DNA from: an uncultured Gammaproteobacteria bacterium
GTDB lineage: Bacteria > Patescibacteriota > Microgenomatia > PFEM01 > JAPLYW01
Assembly: GCA_965230945.1 (NCBI GenBank)
Contig: OZ246397.1
Span: 4,692-68,691 of the forward strand
Direction of reading: 5' to 3'
DNA: 64,000 bases
Shown: positions 28,262 through 37,320 of the stretch, piece after piece
Layout of the letters: every line of letters starts with the position of its first letter
How positions within the stretch are numbered: the first letter of the stretch is position 1
Made by a program: the position numbers and the translations under genes
Notes under the pieces: model-generated
The model's database searches: none
What the model was told of the DNA's origin: nothing
The model's input: the letters and a program-made list of their open reading frames with translations, nothing else

Positions 28262-28290
28262 TTGTAAATTTGTCATTTTTTTGCTATATT
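28262..28290 (+). promoter_or_regulatory. sigma70-like promoter TTGTAA-N17-TATATT for the permease/NifX-like operon
   Basis: Read directly. 17-bp spacer. About 20 bp upstream of the ATG at 28311. Divergent from the DUF5320/DUF134 genes. Confidence 0.5.
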
Positions 28291-28310
28291 GAGATGAAAT
28301 TTATTTTTCT

Positions 28311-28730
28311 ATGGAAAGAGTAAAATCGGCAATTTTTAAATCGGCGAAATCTCTTTGGAAGGTTTCCCCTTTAATTTTAGGAACTATTTTATTAGTAAGC
28401 CTGATTTCTGTAGTAATTCCTAGATCCTTTTATATGGCCATATTTAGCAAAAATCCAATACTGGATTCTTTTATCGGTGGTTTAATCGGAAGTATCTCTG
28501 CTGGCAACCCTATAACTAGCTATATTTTCGGAGGAGAATTGCTAAAGCAAGGTATTGGTTTAATAGCCGTGACTGCTTTTTTAGTTTCTTGGGTTACTGT
28601 TGGAGTCATCCAACTACCAGCAGAATCAGCGATTTTAGGTAAAAAGTTTGCCTTCTTAAGGAACCTCACCTCCTTTATCTTTTCTATATTAGTAGCAGTG
28701 ATAACGGTATTAATTTTGAAGGTAATATGA
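28311..28730 (+). CDS. predicted permease (ArsP/DUF318-like), N-terminal half
   Basis: 4 TM helices. Stop overlaps the next start (ATGA). Confidence 0.5.
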   Translation: MERVKSAIFKSAKSLWKVSPLILGTILLVSLISVVIPRSFYMAIFSKNPILDSFIGGLIGSISAGNPITSYIFGGELLKQGIGLIAVTAFLVSWVTVGVIQLPAESAILGKKFAFLRNLTSFIFSILVAVITVLILKVI

Positions 28731-29254
28731 AAACTAAATTAAAACAAATCTCCGGTCCCTGGTATTTTTTAATAACGGTAGTTGTAGTTTATTGCCTCTT
28801 GTTTATTTTTAAACAAGATTTATTTTTTTTAAGCTTAAGCTTTTTCGGCAAAATAATTTACAAGATAATCCCTGTTTTTATTTTGGTTTTTGTCTTAATG
28901 GCTTTAACTAATTATTTTATAACCCCAGAATTAGTATTAAGGTATTTTAAAGGAAAGGGAATTAAAAAATGGTTTTTTGTTATTATCGGCGGTATTTTGT
29001 CTGCAGGGCCTATTTATATGTGGTATCCCCTTCTAGCAGAGCTTAAAGAGAAGGGTTTAAATGATGGCCTTATTGCTTGCTTTTTGTATAACAGAGCCAT
29101 AAAGATTCCTCTTCTACCTGTTTTTGTTCTTTATTTTGGTGTAAAATATATCTTAGTTCTGAGTTTGATAATGATATTTACATCTATGATGCAAGGTTTA
29201 ATAATAAATAAATTAATGGAGGTAAAATATGATAATTGCCATCGCTTCAGATAA
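28727..29254 (+). CDS. predicted permease (ArsP/DUF318-like), C-terminal half
   Basis: 4-5 TM helices. Together with the preceding ORF it equals one full-length permease. Confidence 0.5.
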   Translation: MKTKLKQISGPWYFLITVVVVYCLLFIFKQDLFFLSLSFFGKIIYKIIPVFILVFVLMALTNYFITPELVLRYFKGKGIKKWFFVIIGGILSAGPIYMWYPLLAELKEKGLNDGLIACFLYNRAIKIPLLPVFVLYFGVKYILVLSLIMIFTSMMQGLIINKLMEVKYDNCHRFR

Positions 29255-29528
29255 TAAGGATATTAATTCAGAAATAAGCCCAAGAGGAGGAAGGGCTCCT
29301 TACTACTTGCTTTTTGAGGGTAAAAAACTAGTAGAGACAATTAAAAATCCTTTTGCTGTTGGCAGTGGAGGTGCCGGATGGTCCGTTGCTTATATGTTAG
29401 CCAAAAAGAAAGTTGATTTGGTTTTAGCAGGCAGAATTGGCCCCAATATGGAATTTGCTTTAAAAGAAAAAGGGATTAAATTTGAAGCAAAAACTGGGAA
29501 AGTAAAAGAGATTATTGAAAAGTTATAA
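29229..29528 (+). CDS. NifB/NifX-like dinitrogenase FeMo-cofactor-binding domain protein
   Basis: MIIAIASDNKD...SPRGGRAPYYLLFE...VDLVLAGRIGPN matches the Nitro_FeMo-Co fold pattern. 99 aa. Confidence 0.65.
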   Translation: MIIAIASDNKDINSEISPRGGRAPYYLLFEGKKLVETIKNPFAVGSGGAGWSVAYMLAKKKVDLVLAGRIGPNMEFALKEKGIKFEAKTGKVKEIIEKL

Positions 29529-29605
29529 TCTTTTAGTTATTCACTTCAAACTGGCTTCATAATATAAAGATTTTTCCTAATATAGTATGTGAATAGTAAA
29601 AGGGG

Positions 29606-29693
29606 TGGTGCCGCGGGAGAGACTCGAACTCTCACAGGTATTACCCCACAGGATCCTAAATCCTGCGCGTCTACCAATTCCGCCACCGCGGCC
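29606..29693 (-). tRNA. tRNA-Leu (anticodon TAG), CCA encoded
   Basis: Acceptor GGCCGCG pairs with CGCGGC + discriminator A. Anticodon loop TTTAGGA. Long variable arm. 3' CCA present. Confidence 0.85.
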
Positions 29694-29733
29694 TGTTTCT
29701 ATTTTATCAAATTTTGTCTTAGAAGTGGAGTTT

Positions 29734-31434
29734 TTAGTGAAGTTCGGCTTTCTTTTCTTTTAAGAAAGAGCTCCAATTTTCGATGAAATTGATAAAGCCT
29801 AAAAACGGCATATCGATTAAGGCGGTAATAAAGACACTCACAATATTATATTTTTTCCATTTAGAAGAAAGCCACTGCCCTATTTTGGCTACCGGAATGA
29901 ATAAGATATCAAGTAAAAATTCCCAAAAAGTTACCTTTTCGTCAACGGTAATTTCTTTAGCTCTTTGCCTGATGACTAAGCCAGAGAAAATGACAATAGC
30001 CACAATCATGGTATTAATGAAAATAGAAGTTGGCGGTAGTTTAAAGAAATGCAAAGTCCAAATAATGGCTCCTAAAGAAGTAACCCCGGCGATAAGATAC
30101 AATAAGCCGATAAAGAAACTAAAGATTATGTTTCTCCCTTTGGAAACTTTTATTTCATAGACATCTTTTTCGTCTTTCCGGTAAACGATTTTACCAATTT
30201 CATTGGTAATTACCTCAAGATTATTTTTAGGTGGTTTTTTAGTGGTGATGGTTAAAAACAACATTAGAATTGTAGGGGCAAGGATGTCGGCAATCATAGC
30301 GTTGGGGTTAAAACGGCCATACAACCATCTGGCTAAAGGTACCTCTACCACAAATAAAGAAAAACCATTGGCAATAAAGATGGATAGGGTGGAATAAATG
30401 GCCATTTTTAGCAAGCGGCGTCTTAGTGTTTTAAATCTTTTTTCATAAGCTTCCCTAATGAGATTTTTTAGAGTCTTTGTTTCAGCAAATTTTTCTGAGA
30501 TGTTGATCGGTTTTTCAATAAGATTATCCAGAATATCACCCAGAAGGAGCCATAAGGTATTGTATCTTTCACAGAGCTTAAAAAATTTACCTGAAAGCGG
30601 GTGGAAAAGATCTTTCTCAATATTCTGGCGGATGGAAACAATGTTTTGAGCAATTTCGCTAATAGCTTCTGGTGAGGTATTATTCCAGTTAGGATATCTA
30701 TATTTTAAAAGTCGGTAGCTGATAATAGGAGCATCAAGATGGAATAAGGTCCTATGGACGGCAATATAAATTTGAATCCTCTTCTCTTCTTCGCTAATAG
30801 CTTCGGATGGATTTATTTGAATTCTTTTTTCCATTAAACTAGCCATGGAAGAGATTAAGGCGTTTTCTTTGATAGGAGGGGCTAGTGTTTCTTCTATTTC
30901 ACAGGCAGCAATTTCCAAAACCCAGTTATAAAATTGAATTTTGTTTTTACGATCTTTTAAAGAAAGATTCTTTTCGAGAATATAGATATACTTTTCTAAA
31001 ATTCGTTGCACTTCGCCGATTTTGTTTTGAGGGATTTTATCGTTGGGTAAATGCCCACCTCTAATTGATTCTAAAACTAAAGCTTCGGCAATTCTTTCTG
31101 GTTTTAGGTTCTTGACTAACTTAATACCTGAGATTTCAGAAATCAATCTACGTTTAAGTTTCCTTTCAATGGCCGTCCTTCTGACTAACTGCTCTTCTTT
31201 CCAATTAATAACCCGGATAATATTTTCATAAACAGCGGCTACTTTAGAAGCAATTTCATCAACATGAATGACAGGGATTTTCTCCTTTGGTTCTAAGCTG
31301 TCTTTGTATTCCTGATATCCTTTAATTAATCTTTGGATACCTTCAGACAACTCTTCTCTATAGGCAGTTTCCGAAGTGGTTGAGAAATGACTCGTTTCTT
31401 TGGAGAAAATAGTTTTATCTTCTTTATCTTCCAT
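29734..31434 (-). CDS. large membrane protein of unknown function (about 340 aa soluble N-domain, 5-6 C-terminal TM)
   Basis: ORF. No confident family. Confidence 0.45.
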   Translation of the reverse strand: MEDKEDKTIFSKETSHFSTTSETAYREELSEGIQRLIKGYQEYKDSLEPKEKIPVIHVDEIASKVAAVYENIIRVINWKEEQLVRRTAIERKLKRRLISEISGIKLVKNLKPERIAEALVLESIRGGHLPNDKIPQNKIGEVQRILEKYIYILEKNLSLKDRKNKIQFYNWVLEIAACEIEETLAPPIKENALISSMASLMEKRIQINPSEAISEEEKRIQIYIAVHRTLFHLDAPIISYRLLKYRYPNWNNTSPEAISEIAQNIVSIRQNIEKDLFHPLSGKFFKLCERYNTLWLLLGDILDNLIEKPINISEKFAETKTLKNLIREAYEKRFKTLRRRLLKMAIYSTLSIFIANGFSLFVVEVPLARWLYGRFNPNAMIADILAPTILMLFLTITTKKPPKNNLEVITNEIGKIVYRKDEKDVYEIKVSKGRNIIFSFFIGLLYLIAGVTSLGAIIWTLHFFKLPPTSIFINTMIVAIVIFSGLVIRQRAKEITVDEKVTFWEFLLDILFIPVAKIGQWLSSKWKKYNIVSVFITALIDMPFLGFINFIENWSSFLKEKKAELH

Positions 31435-31471
31435 GAGATTATTATATTACAACTAGTATAAAAGGAAAAAC

Positions 31472-32026
31472 TTAGATAGTCAAAGTTAGTGTCTTAAGAC
31501 ACTCGTAGGATTTAAAGCTGTCAATTTTATTTATAAAGTAACACACTTTACTTGCCCAGGAAGGTGAAGGAGGGGCATAAACAGGCCCTATTTTTTCAGG
31601 GGTATCCAAGCCACGATCAATATATTTTTCTTTTAGAGTTTTAGCTACTTGCTTAATAGACTCATCCCAAGAGTTAAAGCTATAGTTGCCATTGACCCAA
31701 CCATAGGCGTTGAAAGAATTATAGGGAATTTTTTTACCAAAGGTAGATTCGACTCCAGTAATGGCGGGAATTAATCGCCAATCCAAGCCGTATTCATCAG
31801 CAATCTTAATAAAGTTTTCTGTTTCAGAAACTAAAGGAGAATTGTAGAAATCTAAAAATTTCTTTAGTTGTTCTACGCGACAGTCCTTGTTTTTAATAAA
31901 TAATTCGTTTCTTAGGACAGCAGAAGTACCAGCCAAAAGGATTTTGTTATCATAAGCCTTAACTGGTCTGACCAGGAAAATTACTGCACAGAGGGCAGTA
32001 AGGAAACCGAAAAGCAGTTTTTTCAT
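31472..32026 (-). CDS. secreted GH73/glucosaminidase-like peptidoglycan hydrolase domain protein (paralog A)
   Basis: Signal peptide. AITGVESTFGKK and ...YAPPSPSWASKV resemble the FlgJ/LytD glucosaminidase ESGWG ... YATDPNY motifs. Confidence 0.45.
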   Translation of the reverse strand: MKKLLFGFLTALCAVIFLVRPVKAYDNKILLAGTSAVLRNELFIKNKDCRVEQLKKFLDFYNSPLVSETENFIKIADEYGLDWRLIPAITGVESTFGKKIPYNSFNAYGWVNGNYSFNSWDESIKQVAKTLKEKYIDRGLDTPEKIGPVYAPPSPSWASKVCYFINKIDSFKSYECLKTLTLTI

Positions 32027-32098
32027 AAGCTGGGCTTATTTGCCCATTAAAAAATCCTAAAGTATCGGAATTAACCTATACCTTAGGATCTGGTTTAA

Positions 32099-32127
32099 AT
32101 TTTAGCAAAATTATAGTGATTTGTCAA
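32099..32127 (-). promoter_or_regulatory. sigma70-like promoter TTGACA-N17-TAAAAT on the minus strand for 31472..32026
   Basis: Read on the reverse complement. Confidence 0.45.
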
Positions 32128-32178
32128 GTTTTTTATAGGATAGATGTTTTGGGGATAAAGAGTTTGCTTATTAGCCAG

Positions 32179-32850
32179 TTAGAACTGGATGAAGTAGTTA
32201 ATTTTAGCGTTTTGTTTTAATTCCTCTAACCAAGGTTGAAATCTAATACTAAATTCTTGTTGGAGAAGAATCTTTTTAATTACTTCTTTATTGTCCTTAA
32301 GATTGCTGTCTTTGGGGAAGGACTCCTTATTTTCCTCGAAGTATTCAGCTATTTGTTCATCAGTGATTTCAATATCCTTACTAATAAGTTTCTCTATGAG
32401 GATTTGGTTTTTTAATTCTGTTTCTAGGTCCTTTCTAGTCTGGCCTTGGGTGGCTAGAATATTATCCAGGTTTTGTCCTTGGGAATCTAGTTGCTCTTCA
32501 ATCTCCTTAATCTTCTCGTCAATGGCTGCTTTGCTAATGGTAATCTTTTGTCTTTTACCTTCCTGCTGGATTAACATTTCGTTGATCTTCATATCTAAAA
32601 TTTCTTTACCCAGTTGTTTTTCCAGAGCTCTGTCTAAAGTGAAACGGGTAATGGGTTTATAGTTAACGGTGGCGACAATAAACCAGTTTTTTAAAAAAAA
32701 GAAACCTGCTAAAAAAACTAAAATAGAGATGATAAGTAAAAGATTTGTACCCTTTAAGGAATTTTTACAATAAGCAACAAGATTAATTTTGAATTTCTTT
32801 TTAGAAGAAAAGATTTTTTTAAAGATATTCTCGCTTTTTTTCTTAGACAT
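32179..32850 (-). CDS. SurA N-terminal-domain-like periplasmic chaperone (no PPIase domain)
   Basis: N-terminal TM anchor and helical SurA_N-like region. 223 aa. Confidence 0.5.
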   Translation of the reverse strand: MSKKKSENIFKKIFSSKKKFKINLVAYCKNSLKGTNLLLIISILVFLAGFFFLKNWFIVATVNYKPITRFTLDRALEKQLGKEILDMKINEMLIQQEGKRQKITISKAAIDEKIKEIEEQLDSQGQNLDNILATQGQTRKDLETELKNQILIEKLISKDIEITDEQIAEYFEENKESFPKDSNLKDNKEVIKKILLQQEFSIRFQPWLEELKQNAKINYFIQF

Positions 32851-32969
32851 TTTGATGAGTTTATCATAAAAAAAGTTAATTGCAAATAGTATATTTTGAT
32901 GAAGAACAAATAATTTAGAATATTTCTTCCTACCCTCTGCTCTGTTTTATTTAATGATATTACAAAAAA

Positions 32970-33740
32970 CTACTTGTTCTTTTTAGCTAAGATAAAGATG
33001 GACGGAGCTAAGTAAGTGTTCAGGGTTGCGCTTATTTCTTGATATCTTTTTTCTAACAAAAGAAGGATTTTAAAAGGAATGAGTTTTTTAAAAAAGGAAT
33101 GGCGTAGATTGGAAACGGAAAGATGGCTGACAATTTTAAAACCATTACTTAAAAGAAGAGTTTTTATTTGATTGGGATGGTAGTTTAAAAAAGGAGGTGT
33201 TTTTCTTTTTTGGGTAATGTCTTTTGGCTTATGCTCCATAAGAAATTTCAAATTCATGCAAGACAAGGCCTTAAGGCGATTTTTTAAGTGAGCTTTGTTG
33301 GCGAATTCTAAGATAAGGAAACCTTTTGGCCTTAAGATGCGATTGATTTCCTTTATTATTACTTCCGGATCTTTTAGATGATGTAAAACTCTGATTAACA
33401 AGGCTACATCAAAACTTTGGTTGCTAATAGGTAGTTTTTCTATGGAAGTTTTTTTGACGGTGAAGTTTTTGTATTTTTCTTGAAGTTTTTGGGTTTCTTG
33501 AAGGAGTTTCTCAGAAGGTTCGACAAGAAGAGACTTTTTAAACGAGGGGGCGTATTCAGGCGTTAGACGGCCAAATCCTCCAGCGATATCAACGATCTTT
33601 TTGCTTTTCTTACTTGGAATTAAGCTAAGAAGCTTTTTTAAAGCGATTTTTTCTGATTGGTTTTCGTAAGCTCTACTTTCCCAATACTTTTGGTAGTTAA
33701 AAAAAGGATAGTCGTAACAAGGGGTTGTTTTTTTAGACAT
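32970..33740 (-). CDS. class I SAM-dependent methyltransferase
   Basis: Motif I VDIAGGFGRLT. Post-I acidic residue. LLIRVLHH motif. Confidence 0.7.
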   Translation of the reverse strand: MSKKTTPCYDYPFFNYQKYWESRAYENQSEKIALKKLLSLIPSKKSKKIVDIAGGFGRLTPEYAPSFKKSLLVEPSEKLLQETQKLQEKYKNFTVKKTSIEKLPISNQSFDVALLIRVLHHLKDPEVIIKEINRILRPKGFLILEFANKAHLKNRLKALSCMNLKFLMEHKPKDITQKRKTPPFLNYHPNQIKTLLLSNGFKIVSHLSVSNLRHSFFKKLIPFKILLLLEKRYQEISATLNTYLAPSIFILAKKNK

Positions 33741-33762
33741 AGGTTTACTCTATCACGAAGAA

Positions 33763-34392
33763 TTAAAAATCACCGTATTCAAGTTCTTCCATGAACTGAC
33801 TGACACACTTTGCCCAGGGACCACCTTTTGCAACTGAGGGAGGGGCATATTTAGGCATGATTTCTTCGGGGGTGGTTAAGCCTTGGTCAAGATAACGTTC
33901 CCTTAAAGTTTTGGCCACTTGATTAAAAGCTTGTTCCCACGATAAGAACTTTGTCTTGCCGTTTTCAAAACCCCAACAGTTATAGGAATCCGGGGGTGAT
34001 TTTTTGCAGAGATTTGATTCACACTGGGCAATGGCCACAATCAAGCGGTAATCAACATCATATCTTTCCGCTGCTTCAAGGAGCTTATCGGCATAGGGAA
34101 AAAGAGGAGAGTTATGTTTTCGGAGGTAATTTTCGATAATGATCGGGCGGGCATCAGCACTATTTATCTCCCCTAAGACTTCACCTGTGTCTTGAGGTAG
34201 GGCGGCATAGAATTGTCCTGAAGGGACGGTTGACTTAGCCAACACTTCTTTCTCAGAATTAGTTATTTGATTGAGGGAGAAAAAAGCTACCACTAAGGTT
34301 AAAGGGGTAAAAAGGATAAAAACTAAGCACAAAAATATCTTTCTCATCGGACAGACCTGATTTATCCTGACATCTTTTGATATGTTTGTCAA
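33763..34392 (-). CDS. secreted GH73/glucosaminidase-like domain protein (paralog B)
   Basis: IAQCESNLCKK ... NCWGFENG ... KYAPPSVAKG aligns with 31472..32026. Confidence 0.45.
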   Translation of the reverse strand: MTNISKDVRINQVCPMRKIFLCLVFILFTPLTLVVAFFSLNQITNSEKEVLAKSTVPSGQFYAALPQDTGEVLGEINSADARPIIIENYLRKHNSPLFPYADKLLEAAERYDVDYRLIVAIAQCESNLCKKSPPDSYNCWGFENGKTKFLSWEQAFNQVAKTLRERYLDQGLTTPEEIMPKYAPPSVAKGGPWAKCVSQFMEELEYGDF

Positions 34393-34410
34393 GAGAAAGT
34401 AAAAAAATAG

Positions 34411-34482
34411 TGAGCCGTGCAGGATTCGAACCTGCGACCAACTGCTTAAGAGGCAGCTGCTCTACCACTGAGCTAACGGCCC
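34411..34482 (-). tRNA. tRNA-Lys (anticodon CTT)
   Basis: GGGCCGT acceptor. D-arm TAGCTCAGTGGTAGAGC. Anticodon loop CTCTTAA. T-arm GGTTCGAATCC. Confidence 0.85.
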
Positions 34483-34486
34483 AATG

Positions 34487-34560
34487 CGCGCCTGGAGGGA
34501 TTCGAACCCCCAACCTCATGGTCCGAAGCCACGCGCTCTAATCCGTTGAGCTACAGGCGC
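34487..34560 (-). tRNA. tRNA-Arg (anticodon TCG)
   Basis: GCGCCTG acceptor. Anticodon loop CTTCGGA. T-arm GGTTCGAATCC. Confidence 0.85.
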
Positions 34561-34570
34561 AGAGTAACTT

Positions 34571-34599
34571 ATTATAACATTTAAGAAGGATTTTGTTAA
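34571..34599 (-). promoter_or_regulatory. sigma70 promoter TTAACA-N17-TATAAT on the minus strand for the tRNA-Arg/tRNA-Lys operon
   Basis: -10 ends about 10 nt before the tRNA-Arg 5' end. Confidence 0.6.
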
Positions 34600-34600
34600 T

Positions 34601-34842
34601 TAATCCTATAACTTGATTGCTCTCCTCTATTTGAATATAATTCGGGCTATCTGCTGATGTTCTTTAATAATTGAATATAAATTTAAGAGAAAGGAAAGGG
34701 AAATGAGAGAGTATCCTTTAAGGTTAATTTTGCTTGGGTCGCTGATGTCATAATTATTGTTTAAGAAACAAAAACTTCCAATAGCTGGAAGATAATAAAT
34801 TCTTTAACCTGGTGACTCAGTCCTATTTTTTTGCCTAAACCT
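34601..34842 (+). repeat. repeat element copy 1: plus-strand promoter (TTGATT-N17-TATAAT at 34613-34641), about 190-nt transcribed region, hairpin CTTCCAATAGCTGGAAG and T7 tract
   Basis: About 100 bp 5' module and about 95 bp 3' module nearly identical to 38175-38293 and 38770-38870. Confidence 0.7.
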
Positions 34843-34862
34843 AAATTTGACTGAAGTGTAGC

Positions 34863-35615
34863 CTACTTCTTCTTTTTCAAAAATCCTTCAATTGCCCTTA
34901 GAACTTCAAGAGGGGTAACAAATACGATCGTATTATTCTTATCAGATGAAACTTCGTTTAGGGTTTGTAAGGTTCGAAGATGTAGTCCACCTGTTGATTT
35001 ACTTAATCTTTCAGCTGCTTGAGCCATGTTTCCAGCTGCTGCTTTTTCTCCTGCTGCCTTAATAATGATTGCCCTTCTTTCTCTTTCTGCTTCGGCCTGT
35101 TTGGCAATCACCCTCTTCATTTCTTTAGGCAAGACAATATCTTTTAACTCAACTGACTCAACCTTAATTCCCCATGGGTCAGTCGCTTTGTCAATGATTG
35201 ATTGAATTCGGTCAGCGACCTGATTTCTTTTAGAGAGAAGATCATCTAAGGCTGTTTCACCAACTACATTTCGCATTGTTGTTTGAGCAAGTTGGGAAAC
35301 AGCAAAAAAGAAATTTTCAACCACAATGATCGCTTTTTTAGCATCGCTTACTCGGTAATATATAACTGCATTGACCCTGGCGGAAACGTTATCTAAAGTG
35401 ATTGCTTCTTGATCAGGAACATCAACAGCTTTGACACGAATATCAACACGTTGCCAACTATTGATAATTGGCCAAACGAACCTCCAGCCAGGATCCATAA
35501 CATTTTGGAATTTGCCAAAAAGAAACCTGACGCCTTTCTCGTATTGATTAACTTGACGAATTGAAATAATAACGATGAAGATTAGGATTAGTATCAAAAT
35601 CTCAAAAAACCCCAT
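34863..35615 (-). CDS. SPFH/band-7 (stomatin-like) membrane protein
   Basis: N-terminal TM, SPFH core, coiled-coil AEAERERRA. 250 aa. Confidence 0.8.
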   Translation of the reverse strand: MGFFEILILILIFIVIISIRQVNQYEKGVRFLFGKFQNVMDPGWRFVWPIINSWQRVDIRVKAVDVPDQEAITLDNVSARVNAVIYYRVSDAKKAIIVVENFFFAVSQLAQTTMRNVVGETALDDLLSKRNQVADRIQSIIDKATDPWGIKVESVELKDIVLPKEMKRVIAKQAEAERERRAIIIKAAGEKAAAGNMAQAAERLSKSTGGLHLRTLQTLNEVSSDKNNTIVFVTPLEVLRAIEGFLKKKK

Positions 35616-35871
35616 TGCTCATGGATTATATCACAGTATTTTAAAAAAGACAAATGTTATTTTAAACAAAAAGTTTTGCATTCAAAACAAGGGAGTATGT
35701 AACGAAATTTACAACATAGCTATGACTATCATAAAGAACCATGGTAGGAGAGGTAATGGAAAGGCTATTGGAACAAATCTATTCAATAGAACAGAAAAAG
35801 AAAAACTTTGTTATTATTGGACAACTGATAGGATTGAATTAAAAGATGAGAATGGGGAAATATACGTGTTT

Positions 35872-36408
35872 TTACTTGTTTTTCTTTTTGTAATCTTCAA
35901 TTGCCTTTTTAATAATTTCGTAGGCTTTTTCTTTCCCACTCCATCCCTCTATTTTTATTTTTTTCTCTGGTTGTAATTCAACATAATTTTCCCAGAAGTT
36001 TTTAATTACTTTTTTGGTGTGGTTTGAAAGATCATCAAGGTCATTAATTTCCTCAAATCTTGGATCATCAGTAGGAACGGCTATTATTTTATAATCCTCT
36101 TCCTTAGAATCAATCATTCGAAGTACACCAATTGGCTTACAGGAAATAAGGCATCCAGGAAAGGTAGGAAAAGTAGATAGAACCATAATATCTAATGCAT
36201 CACCATCTTCTTTGTTATAGGTATGAGGAATAAAGCCATATTCGGCAGGATAATAAACAGCTTCGTATAAGACTCGATCTAGTCTAAAGACATGATTTTT
36301 CTTATCGTATTCATATTTATTAGTACAACCTTTGGGGATTTCAACAAAGCAGTTAACTTCAGAAGGCGGATTATTTCCTAGTGGTAGTTGGCGGACAGGG
36401 TTATCCAT
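35872..36408 (-). CDS. ppa: inorganic pyrophosphatase (family I)
   Basis: DGDALDIMVL and YNKEDGD match family I PPase signature regions. Confidence 0.85.
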   Translation of the reverse strand: MDNPVRQLPLGNNPPSEVNCFVEIPKGCTNKYEYDKKNHVFRLDRVLYEAVYYPAEYGFIPHTYNKEDGDALDIMVLSTFPTFPGCLISCKPIGVLRMIDSKEEDYKIIAVPTDDPRFEEINDLDDLSNHTKKVIKNFWENYVELQPEKKIKIEGWSGKEKAYEIIKKAIEDYKKKNK

Positions 36409-36491
36409 AACAGATTTATTTTAGACAATTTTGTTTCCTAAATGCAAGTTTTAAGTTGATTTTTAAGAGATATTTAAATAAAATTAATTAA

Positions 36492-36941
36492 ATGATGTCT
36501 TCTAATAAGAAAAAAGGCTTTCTGTGTTCTCATTGTCATCAATTTATTTCTATAGATAGTTTTATTGGTACTCAGTTTCGTAATCACTGCCCTTTCTGTC
36601 TATGGTCAAGGCATGTTGATTTTAGAAAATTAGGTGACAGGCAATCACAGTGTCAAGGAGAAATGGGACCAATAGGGCTAACTTTTAAGCATGAAGGTTA
36701 TGATAAGTATGGCAAGCCGAAACAAGGAGAATTGATGGTTGTTCATCAATGTCTTGCCTGTGGTAGTTTTTCTATTAACAGAATTGCCGCTGATGATGAT
36801 CCAGAAGTAATTTTAAAACTCTTTAATGAATCTTGTAATATTACAGATGAATTAAAGAACAGATTAGAAGAAGAAGGAATAGATCTTCTTGCAGAGAAAG
36901 ATAAAAAGGAAATAGAAACTCAACTTTTTGGCAAAAGATAA
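36492..36941 (+). CDS. RNHCP-domain zinc-ribbon protein
   Basis: Contains the literal FRNHCPFC motif and CxxC pairs (CSHC, CLAC). Confidence 0.6.
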   Translation: MMSSNKKKGFLCSHCHQFISIDSFIGTQFRNHCPFCLWSRHVDFRKLGDRQSQCQGEMGPIGLTFKHEGYDKYGKPKQGELMVVHQCLACGSFSINRIAADDDPEVILKLFNESCNITDELKNRLEEEGIDLLAEKDKKEIETQLFGKR

Positions 36942-37065
36942 TTAAACTACAGTTTCTTATCCTATAATTTGACTTCCCAGTACTGTTTTGTTAAGATTTA
37001 TCTTAAGAAAAATAATTGGCACTTTAAAATAAAATTTTTAATAAATTTAATTAAAGGAGAAGAAG

Positions 37066-37320
37066 ATGTTTGATATTGATGGTAAAAATGAAGAGGAGGT
37101 TAAAGAAGGGGTTAAAGAGCATGCTAAGGTAGCTTATTTTTCCTTGGGAATATTTGGCTGTGTTTTTTTAAGTGCTTGTGCTTGGTCATTTCACAAGGCA
37201 TTTATTGATTTTAGTCTTTTTTTTCTCTTTGCAGCTTTGTTCTTCCTTGTAATGGGGTTTTTATGTATTGGTCTTTTGATTTCCTTCATTAAAAAAGGAA
37301 AGAAATTTAATAAGAAATAA
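37066..37320 (+). CDS. small membrane protein (84 aa, 2 TM)
   Basis: ORF with SD-like AAAGGAGAAGA upstream. Terminator hairpin ATACAA..TTGTAT + T-run follows. Confidence 0.45.
   Translation: MFDIDGKNEEEVKEGVKEHAKVAYFSLGIFGCVFLSACAWSFHKAFIDFSLFFLFAALFFLVMGFLCIGLLISFIKKGKKFNKK

Noticed and set aside
29589-29786. ORF-track entry on + strand (65 aa)
   Set aside because: Lies on top of tRNA-Leu(TAG). It is the GC-rich tRNA read in a spurious frame.
34259-34519. ORF-track entry on - strand (86 aa)
   Set aside because: Spans tRNA-Lys and tRNA-Arg. tRNA GC-richness creates open frames.
35575-35976. ORF-track entry on + strand (133 aa) bridging the SPFH and pyrophosphatase genes
   Set aside because: Overlaps both convergently placed, well-supported minus-strand genes. 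Low-complexity Phe/Leu-rich translation typical of AT-rich antisense frames.
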